Below, one piece after another: positions 54,700 through 64,000 of a stretch of 64,000 nucleotides of DNA. This DNA is from the human T2T-CHM13v2.0 reference genome, Homo sapiens: assembly GCF_009914755.1 (NCBI RefSeq), contig NC_060927.1; one strand, written 5' to 3'. Each line of letters begins with the position of its first letter. Within the stretch, counting starts at the first letter, position 1. Position numbers and translations under genes: made by a program. Under the pieces are notes generated by a model. That model was not told the DNA's origin. It did not search any database and saw only the letters and a list, made by a program, of their open reading frames with translations.

Positions 54700-55259
54700 C
54701 AATAGCAACTCTTTGGCAAACAAAGTCATCTCTGACCAGTATTGATCATCTACTCTGTGTCAAGTCCCGAGCACATAGAGATGAATACAACACAGCCTCT
54801 CAGCCTGGAAGAGCTTATATTTTGGGCAGGACGCAGATAAAACATCATTTTATCATAACACAATAAGTGATAAGTTTATAAAATGCACTGTACTATGGTG
54901 AGAGGTGATAATACCATTGTCCAGGAGAGACCATTTTCAAGGTTACAAGACCACGCTTGAGAAGACGGAGAGCCCACCAATGAAGCAGCAATGCAGGCGG
55001 GAAACCATTATCTGGCATTGAATGGGTACATCTATGACAAGTGTAGTGCCATGATATAAGATATCCAGCCCCTTCAGTCCTGAACAGTTGCTAAATGGCA
55101 TTTCAGGCAATTGCTACAATAGAAAGTGATTGTCGCCTGACACTGGGAATCCACTTTCCTTCAGTTTGAAGGCAAAAGACGAGATGGTTTATAGGGCCAA
55201 CTTGTACAATTTCAAATGGAAAAAACCTATGGCTTCTGTCTGGCGTAATTCTCTTCCTT

Positions 55260-55625
55260 TCTCAACATATATATTTGAGGTACACTTTATTTATCATACA
55301 TTTCAGCTTTTTTAAGTGTACAATTTAATGATATTTGGTAATGATTTTAATGATTTTACAGTTATGCAACCATCACCTGAATTCAGTATCGGAACATTTT
55401 CATCATGCCAATAAAGATTTCTTCTATCCATTTGCAGTCATGCCTTGTTCTCATCCCCAGCCATAGGCAATCATTAATCTACTTTCTCTCTATAAATTGC
55501 CCTTTTTTGATATTTCATATAAATAGAATCATACAATATGTGGTCTTTTGTATCTGGCTTCTTCCACTTAGCATGTCTCTGAGGGTCATCCATATTGTAG
55601 CATTTATCAATCCATTTTGTTTTTG
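55260..55625 (-). mobile_element. L1MB-like 3' end
   Basis: 'tttaagtgtacaatttaatg...tgcaaccatcacc...atttcatataaatagaatcatacaatatgtggtcttttg'. Confidence 0.85.
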
Positions 55626-57154
55626 AAGAAAATTATTTTTCCTTACCAGCTCCATTTCTGCCCAATAAAAATAACAGTAACAAACAATTACTCATAATTC
55701 ATAGCTTTAGCTTCTCAAGCAGCCAGGCTTAGGGAGGCTGGTGCCTATAAGAAATGGAGATAATATTGATTATAGCAAGAACAGGGTTTATTTTCCATCT
55801 CTCATATCCACTTTACTACACTGGCCAGCAAAGAAACCCCTAAGTCCTTGGCTATCACAGACGGCATCACAGATCATCATTATTCCTTAGAAAAAACAGT
55901 GTCTCCTACATATTTCCCTGACCATGCCATGGACAAAGTGTTTCTTAGACTACTTTGATCTTGATTCTATCTCTCTCTCTCTCTCTCTTTGTTGTGTGTG
56001 TATGTCCTTTTGAATCTCCAACTTGTTTATTAAGAACTCTTGAACTTTTACAGCAGTACAGAATCAGAACATTGCAGGCCAAGACCAGAGAAATTATCTA
56101 ACTCTATCAAAGACAAAGACTATAAAATTCTTCCACTCATGTCACAGCATCTAAATAGATACCAATAGGAAAGATGCCATTAATCTCAATATGTCGTTGT
56201 TGTTGTTTTGGGAAGACTTTAAGCATTTCAGTTGAGCCATTCAGGAAAGAGAACAATGTTTTTATACAGTTCCTTATTATTTCCATCAGTGAAACTGTAT
56301 CACCAAATCAGTTCACAATTTAAGGGAATTTCAATGCATCTCCTTTTGTAAAATCACCGAAAAAAACAACTTAAGCACTACCTAGAATAGAACTTTGAGT
56401 ACATAATTAGCCATGAGAATTGTCCAACCTAACTGGGAATCATGAACAATGATTAGACCATCTGTGCTCCCAAGCTAGGACCTGTATTCAATACTACCAT
56501 CTCTAGCCTCATACCCAATATACACATTCGGATTTGCATGGCTATTTCAGATTCCATGTTAAGAACACTATCCATCTTGCAGTAGCACATTGAGACCACC
56601 TATGACAGCTGAGAAACAATGCCATACTCAACATCTCTAGACAAAGTGACTGTGATGGTGCCAAGCCTAATTTTGTAAGCCATGCCAAGGCGAGGTGATC
56701 TGCCAGTGCTTTGATATCAAGTTTGAATCCGAAACAATCTGGAGAAAGAGAAAGCAAGGTTTAAATTAAACAAAATCAAATTGAACAAAGAGAAGGGGAA
56801 GATAGAACCTTGTAACTATAATAAATCTTGCCAATTCAAAGCTGAGAAATAGTGGATGGGAGAAAAGAATGTGAACATAAAACCTCCAAATCTATCAGAA
56901 TCAACCATGCTCATCTGATAGAAAACAGGGTTGCAAGCAACACAAAGAAGATTCAACCTAAGGATCACTTATCTGTCTACTCCCATAGTGTGAGGCTTTT
57001 AGGAAAAGCAAGGGCCACAAGAATTGGCCTACATATTTTTCAATGTGCATGTGTCATGGGAAGGATTGAGTTAATCATATTCCTCGGTTCATGAGACATT
57101 ATCAATTTACACAAGGCCCTGCCCTACTTCTATTTCCTCATTTACTTATTCTTT

Positions 57155-57497
57155 TTTAAAAAATGAATTGTGGTTAAAAACATACAAACCATAAAATTAC
57201 CATCTTAACCATTTACAGATACAGTTCAGTAGTGTTAAATATAGTCACGTAATTGTGCAATCAATCCCCGGAACTCTTTATCTTGAAAACTTGCAATTCC
57301 CATCAACCCACCCTGACCCCTCAACCCCCGGCAGCCACCCTTCTACTTTTTCTGTCTATGAATTTGACTACTCTGGGTACATCATATAGTTGAAATTATA
57401 TGGTATTTGTCTTTTTGTGACTCTCCTATTTCACTTAGCATAATGTCTTCAAGTTTTATCCGTGCGGTAGCATGTGTTAGAATTTCCTTCTTTTTAA
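57155..57497 (-). mobile_element. L1MB/MA-like 3' end
   Basis: 'ataaaattaccatcttaaccattt...acagttcagtagtgttaa...tctatgaatttgactactct...atttcacttagcataatgtc'. Confidence 0.85.
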
Positions 57498-59081
57498 AAA
57501 TAGTTTCAACATTTATTTTAGATTCGGGGGATACATGTACAAGTTTGTTACATGGATATACCGGATGATGCTGAGGTTTGGGATGGGAACGATCCCATCA
57601 CCCATGTAATGAGCATAATACCTAACAATTAGTTCTTCAAGTCTTGTCCCCTCCTTCCCCATTCTATTTCTCCCCAGTGTCTGTTGTTGCAATCTTTATG
57701 TCTATGAGTGTCCAATATTTAATGCCTACTTATAAATGAGAATACGTAGCATTTTGTTTTCTGTTTCTGTGTTAATTCACTTAGGACAATGGCCTCTAGC
57801 TGCATCCATGTTGCTTCAAGGGACATGGTTTTGTTCTTTTTTATGGCTGCACAGTAGTCCATGGTGTATATGTACCACGTTTTACCACCGTTGATAGGCA
57901 CCTAGGCTGAGTCCACGTCTGCTACTGTGAATAGTGCTGCAATGGACAAATGAATACATGTCTTTTTTTAGAAAGATTTATTTTCTTTTGCATATATACC
58001 CAGTAATTGGATTGTTGGGTTGAGTGGCACTTCCATTTTAAGTTCTTTGAGGAATCGCCAAAGCAATCGCCACTGGTTTCCACAGTGGCTGAAATAATGT
58101 ATATTCCCACCAACAGTGTATAAGCATTCCCTTTCTTCCACAGTCTAATAGCATCTACTGTTTTCTTGACTTTTTAATAAAGCCATTCTGACTGGTATAA
58201 GATGGTATCTCCTGATGGTTTTGATTTGCATTTCTCCAATGATTAGTGATGTTGACCATTTTTCCATATGTTTGTTGATTGCTTGTATGTCTTATTTTGA
58301 GAAGTGCCTTTTGCTCACTTGTGAACGGGGTTAGTTGTTTTTTGCTTGTGGAGTTGTTTACGTTCCTTATAGATTCTGGTTATTATACCTTTGTCAGATG
58401 CATAGTTTGTGAATATTTTCTCCCATTCTGTAGGTTGTCTGTTTACTCTGTGAATTGTTTCTTCTGCTGTGCAGAAGCTCTTTAATTAGGTCCCACTTGT
58501 CAATATTTGTTTTTGTTGCAATTGCTTTTGAGGACTTAGTCATAATTTTTTTCCTAAGGCTGATGTCCAGAACGGTATTTCCTAGGTTTTATTCTATAAT
58601 TCTTATAGTTTGAAGTCTTACATTTGAATCTTTAATCCATCTTGAGTTAATTTTTATATATGGTGAAAGGTAGGGGTCCAGTTTCATTCTTCTGCATATA
58701 GTTAGCCAACTATCCCAGCTCCACTTATTGAAAAGGGAATCCTTTCCTCTTTGCTTATTTTTGTTGACTTTGTCAAGGATGAGATGTCTGTAGGTGTGCA
58801 GCTTTATTTCTGGGTTCTGGGTTCTGTTTTATTAGCCTATGTGCCTGTTTTGTGCCAGTATCATGCTGTTTTGATTACTGTAGCCTTATAGTATAGATTG
58901 AAGTTGGGTAATGTGACACCTCCAGCTTTGTTCATTTGGCTTAGGATTGCTTTGGCTATTCAGGCTCTTTTATGGTTCCACATGAAATTTACAATAGTTT
59001 TTTCTAAGTCTTTGAGAAATGACATTAGTGGCTTGATAGGAAGAGTGTTAAATCCATAAATTGCTTTGGGCAGTATGGCTA
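57498..59081 (-). mobile_element. Older primate L1 (L1PA13-16-like) 3' part, ending at the CNN2 retrocopy tail
   Basis: 'ttttagattcgggggatacatgtacaagtttgttacatgg...atgctgaggtttgg'; ORF2 C-terminal remnants (57719..57901 'WYIYTMDYCAAIKKN'). Confidence 0.92.
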
Positions 59082-61153
59082 TTTTTTTTTCTTCTTACAA
59101 ACAGAGGTTTTATTGTGTTTGGTCCATGGTCATATTTCACATTATCTCGTGTAGTAGGGCCCCTGGGTGGGGATCCCTGTGCAGTACTTGGCAGGGTGTG
59201 TGCCCGGGGGAGATGGAGCAGTACAGCTGGTCAGGCCCAGAATGGGAGAAGTAGGGCTGGGGGCTCCTTAAAACCTACTGAGGGGCTGGGCATGGTGGCT
59301 CACACCTACAATCCCAGCACTTGGGGAGGCCGAGGCAGGCGGATTACCTGAGGCCAGGAGTTCGAGACCAGCCTGGCCAACATGGTGAAACCCAGTATCT
59401 ACTAAAAATACAAAAATTAGCCAGGCGTGGTGGACCACCTCCAGTCCCAGCTACTTGGGAGGCTGAGGCAGAAGAATCCTTTGAGCCCAGGAGGTGGAGG
59501 TACAGTGAGCCAAGATCGCACCACTGCACTCCAGCCTGGGCAACAACAACAACAAAACCCTACTGAGGCCACAGTGTGGGGGTTAGCATGGAGAGGGGGT
59601 CAGGTTTAGCCCCAACAACTCAGAATTCCACTTCCTTGTATGGGCCTCACTTTCCCCACAGGGCCACAGTGCAGGTCTGAGGGTCTGAGGTCTGTTGGTC
59701 TGAGGGTCCTAGGTAAAGCCAGCCACTTGGGAACCTGAGATATTTAGCATCGTGGCTGGGCCCCCTTTCCCAGAGACTAATTTCCCAGCACCCTCACCAC
59801 TGTCCCTGCCCCATTCCTTGGGGAAAAAAAATGTATTTTTCTTTTGTTAATACTTCCTGAAACTTTTGCGGGTACAGAAACCAGAAACTGATCTTCTGAC
59901 AAAAGGGGCAAGAGGTGAGGCAACTGGAAACCTTCGGGAACAAGTTCCCTCCAAGCCCAGGTCTCTTCTCCCAGGCACAGCTCAGCCCACAGCCTGGATG
60001 TGCCAGCAGGGACCCTCACCCTGCACATATCGGAATACAGCCTTGACCCTTCCCCCTACAGCCCAGTGCTCAGTCCTGTGAAGGACCAAGGCAAGGGGGA
60101 AAAAGCCCTGCTGCCTGATCCGACGCCGCCACTCACAGACCCTCGGTTGATTGGCAGCACTGAACAGGTTAAGAAAAAAAAAAGACGAAAATACAGAAAA
60201 ACCCCAAAACCCAGACGGGGAGACAAGCTGGGGAGAGAGTGTGCTGGGATCCCCAGTAGCCGGCCTCCTCCTGGTAGTAAGGGGGATGTTCAGGGGCCTT
60301 CCCCAAGCCGGGACAGTCCCCGGCGCCCGAGGGAGCCCCGTCAGCCACTGTGCCTTGCGGGCAGTGCTTGGGGTCGTATATCTGCCGGCCCAGGCCGAAG
60401 ACCTGGCTGCTCTGGTTGGCGCCCTGAGTGTAGCCCGTCTGCAGGGACATGGAGGAGTTGTCACACTTGTTGGTTCCCAGTTTGGTGTCATAGATGTGCC
60501 GCCAGGTCCCGGGAACCATCATGCCCACCTGGCTGGCACACTTCTTTGTACCCATCTGGAGGCTGATGGTTGAGTGGTCCATAGTGGGGCAGGATGTGGT
60601 TCTTGGGGTCATAGAGATGCCTCCTCGTGCGGACATGGTCATGCCCGACTGGGTGGCACATTTGTTGGCGCCCATCTGCAGCCCGATGATGCACTGGCCA
60701 GCCTTCATGGGGGCATCGTCAAAGTTCCACTCCTGCTTCTCCCAGTACTTGATGCCGATTTCCACCCCATTCTGCAGCCCCTTAGTCTTGACCTTCCCCG
60801 CCAGGGTGAGAAGAGACACCTGCACCTGCATCATGTTTCCACTCTCAAACAGGTTGTTGGCCTTGAACAGGTCCACGGGGGTCATGTCGTAGCTGACCAT
60901 GGCCTTGATGAAGTTGGAGAGGTTTTCTAGCTGGTGCCAGTTCTCATGGAGCGGTTGATCTTGGGGACTGAGCCCAGCTGCAGCTTGTTCATGAGTGTGC
61001 ATAAGATAATCCCGTCCTTCAGGCCCTTCTGGAAGTTGGGGCCGATGGAGAAGCTGATGAGTCCCTCGATCCAGCTGTGGAGCTCTGCCTCCTTCTGGGG
61101 GTCATATTTGGACAGGAGCAGGTTCTTGACCTCGGCTGACAGCCCATAGGAGA
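59082..61153 (-). pseudogene. CNN2: Calponin-2 processed pseudogene (5'-truncated retrocopy with 3' UTR and poly(A))
   Basis: Intronless match to calponin-2: '[24 protein letters not shown]...CTLMNKLQ' (60927..61175) and '[18 protein letters not shown]...CIIGLQMG...QIYDPKHCPQGTVADGAPSG...PPYYQEEAGY' (60169..61002). It has three frameshifts, lacks about the first 10 codons, and the stop codon reads TGG (60253-60255). AATAAA lies at 59114-59109 and a poly(A) remnant at 59090-59082. The symbol is the parent gene; the pseudogene number cannot be assigned. Confidence 0.96.
59284..59553 (+). mobile_element. AluS (Sx/Sz-like), antisense within the CNN2 retrocopy 3' UTR
   Basis: Dimer with (CAA)n tail; TSD 'aaaacc(c)tactgagg' at 59270-59283 and 59554-59568. 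Confidence 0.95.
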
Positions 61154-61844
61154 GCAAGACCCACTGCTGGTACAAGAATCAGAGCTGAAGTCCAGGTGAC
61201 CCCTGGTTTCAGCAGAGAGAACAAGGCAAAAAATTGCTGTCAAGTGTTGTGACAAATTTCACACAAATCTCATATCCATTCATTTGCCAACTTTTATGGC
61301 TCTCTGAAATCTTTATATGGTATCGACACACCCTGATTCTCTTTTTCTGAGAGCTGCCAGGAAATCAGTGTGCTTTTGAAGCCCTGCCTCTACTGACCTG
61401 ACCCAACTTTCCAGCCATTATTAACTGGACAGTTGGACCTGTCAATCCCTATCCCAGGATCTTGGAATTGGGATGCATAGTTACTAGTGACTCTTCTGAA
61501 CTGAGGACTTGGAAACTCAGGAGATGTGGGACAACTCTGTAGCTATATGCATGGGAAAGTGAAGAAAGCAAGTCTGGAGAGATGGGTGAGGCAGATGCAA
61601 AGAAAAATGGAAATGAGAGAAAATGAGAGTGAGAACAGAAATATTTAAATTTATAAATTAAAATTTTAAAATAGGGACTAAAAGAAGATATTGGAAAGTT
61701 AGGTGTTACCTACTTAGACACTTGTATTAATAAATGACAGCACACATATCAAACTAGCATTAGCAAAAGGCAAGCAGGTAGCATTTATTATGACTCTCTA
61801 TGACTCTCTTTCTTGCTTGCTGTTGCTCTCATTTTCTCCCACAT

Positions 61845-62010
61845 AATAGTTGCAATGCTCACAGTGACCCTATAAGGAGTTTTTATCATCCCAATTTTTA
61901 ATTGAGGGGCCTGAGAGGTAAATGATCAAGTAATTTGCCTAGAGTTTGAAAGTAATGGGCATAGAGCTCAGATCCAAATATATCTCATGTCCAACATTTG
62001 TTTGTCATCA
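61845..62010 (-). mobile_element. MIR
   Basis: 'ctcacagtgaccctataagg...tatcatcccaattttt...gagaggtaaatgatcaagtaatttgcct'. Confidence 0.7.
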
Positions 62011-63079
62011 CAAGACAATGTTTTATCCTTACATATATGTGTGTGTGCATATTCATGCTTTTTATTCACTGGCCCACTACTGTTATTATCCATTTTGGAA
62101 TATGACAGCTCAAAAGGTGGTAACTACTTTCTATTTGCTTTATGTTCTGTCTCACATCTCAGTTTAGATGTATTCCTATAAAAGAATGGTAAATCTAGTA
62201 GGTATATAATTCCCAAGAGCATATAATGCCTAATTTGAACACTAAAGAAAATCCTTTAGACACAAATCCAACACATGAGGAGGTTTAAATAAAATGGGAA
62301 AATGTGGAAGGACAGAATTCTCAATGAACCTATTCAGATAGAAGAGGCTTTTAGAGTCTATGTGCCTACAGCCTCTTCTGAAAAAAAAAGTACAGAACAA
62401 GAGGAGAATCCCACCCTCCAGGAATAAAGGCCCAGTGGCTGTGGCTATTGCAAACAGTCACTTGATTCCTGATTGTAGGGACTTCTCCCAGATTGGCTGT
62501 GGGAGTTATTGCAGCAGTGTAGGAAAGGGACAGGTTCTGAACCCAGAAAGCCCTGTGATGGACCCCTGCTTTTGCTGAGCATTTGCTATTTGGCCTTGGA
62601 AAATTTACCTCCCAGTACTTCCATTTCCCATCTGCAAAATAATCTTTCCCTTGGAGTGCTGTTGCAAGTACTAGAAAGGATGAGAAATCCTTATGGATGG
62701 CACAAGGGAGGCATTCGATAGATACCATCATTGTTATCACCATTATTGTGCAAGGGGGAGAGAGAATATTAGGGACTTTACTGTACCCAGGTAATAATAT
62801 TCTGGGGCTATGCACACATGGCTGGGGCTTCTGGATTCTTACAAGTTGGCTGAAGCCTACAAATGGCCAATAAATCTCTGTCTCCACTCAAAGAGAAAGA
62901 AAGGATCTCCCAATCCCATGACTCTGGAAATCCTTCAGATAAAAGTTCCCTTCTTACTGACGAAGGGAACTTTGTTGGCTCACATAACTGGACAGACCAC
63001 AAAAGTGCTGATTTCAGGACCAGCTGTATTTGAAGCTTAACCTCAAACTTCAGGGGTCTCTCTCCTTCCCTTAATTCTG

Positions 63080-63470
63080 CTTCCCACCTTCCAGGTTGTC
63101 TCTACAGTGTGGCAAAACTTTAAAGATAAAAAGGGCTGCCAGTAGCTATATCTTCACACACTCTGCTTTCAGCAACTCCATGAAAATATTCCTTTCTAGT
63201 TGCTCCTGGAAAAGCCAGAGAGTCACACTGCTTGGACCAATTTAGCTCATATGTGCATCATTGAACCAATTCCTGGGACCAAGGCAAGGAAATTATACTG
63301 GTGGGTTTAGACATGGTTCCCACTCACAGTCCTGGGGCTAGTACTGAATTCAGCCCCGCCTAAACCATATAAACTGAGAGTGAGGTAAAGGAAGTTCTCC
63401 AAGAAAAACAGAGGCGCTATTAGCAGCAACAGAAGAAAATGGATGTTGGCAGGCTAAAACAACAAATATG
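63080..63470 (-). mobile_element. Old MLT1 LTR fragment
   Basis: 'tcatatgtgcatcattgaaccaattcctgggaccaagg', 'aaaatggatgttggcagg'. Confidence 0.55.
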
Positions 63471-63504
63471 CAGCATAGGCTCTAAATAACATCAGTGGAA
63501 ACTA

Positions 63505-63745
63505 TAATCACCAATATTTACTAAATGTTTATTGTGTTCTGGGATAAGCACTTTTCATTAATTTCCTCACTTAATCCTCACAAAAATGATCAATGCAGAT
63601 ATTATTATAATTATCCCCACTTAAGGGATAATGAAACTGAGACACAGAAAGGCCAAGTATTAATCATTTGTCTGAGGTCATGTTGCTAGGGAACGGCAGG
63701 GTTGGGATGTGAACTTGAGCCATGGGACTTAAGAGTCCACATGTA
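63505..63745 (-). mobile_element. MIR
   Basis: 'ttaatcctcacaa...attatccccactt...gaaactgagacacagaaagg...gggatgtgaac'. Confidence 0.8.
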
Positions 63746-63749
63746 CTTT

Positions 63750-64000
63750 TGTGAGCTGAATAATTCCCCCAGCTCCACACCCCACCCCTACCCCCACTAA
63801 GATATCCAGGTCCAAATCCCTGGAACCTGTAAATGTTAACTCGCAGGGACTTTGCAGGTGTGATTAAGTTAAGGATCTTAAGGTGGGGGTGCTATCCTGA
63901 ATTAGCCCAATGGGCCCCAAATGTAATCACAAGTACATTTGTAAGAGGGAGCCAGAGGGAAATTTGTCAACATAGGAGAAAAGGCAGTGTGATGACAGAA
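63750..64000 (+). mobile_element. MLT1D-like MaLR LTR, running off the window end
   Basis: 'aagatatccaggtccaaatccctggaacctgtaaatgtta...gggactttgcaggtgtgattaagttaaggatctt...aatgtaatcacaag'. Confidence 0.85.

Noticed and set aside
59982-60930. Long overlapping ORFs (188, 140, 132, 118 aa on +; 169 aa on -)
   Set aside because: Antisense or alternate frames of the GC-rich CNN2 retrocopy, where stop codons are scarce; no independent homology.
59082-61153. Functional CNN2 gene
   Set aside because: No introns, missing start codons, frameshifts, lost stop codon and a genomic poly(A) tail.
62366-62887. 173-aa minus-strand ORF
   Set aside because: GTG start, runs through MIR-like sequence, no recognisable protein similarity.

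Overview
Primate (human-like) genomic DNA, AT-rich and dominated by interspersed repeats: Alu, L1, L2/MIR, MaLR and ERV1/ERVL LTRs, Tigger1 and MER-type DNA transposons. I recognise no intact protein-coding gene, RNA gene, CRISPR array or prokaryotic feature. Most predicted ORFs are repeat-derived or chance frames. The two main structures are (1) a calponin-2 (CNN2) processed pseudogene on the minus strand (~59082-61153) and (2) a ~12 kb nest of retroelements at ~20.4-32.9 kb. The nest includes a full-length THE1B provirus with 5-bp TSDs that sits inside an old L1 and itself carries a young L1PA insert with 15-bp TSDs. I did not find a clearly new biological system. The best second-look candidates are the CNN2 retrocopy, whose 277-aa ATG-initiated frame is held open by compensating frameshifts and gains a hydrophobic C-terminal tail through stop loss; an in-frame THE1-ORF/L1-ORF2 fusion; and several insertion-associated deletion junctions. 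Repeat subfamily names come from recalled consensus sequences and need RepeatMasker/Dfam confirmation. Boundaries of old elements are approximate.
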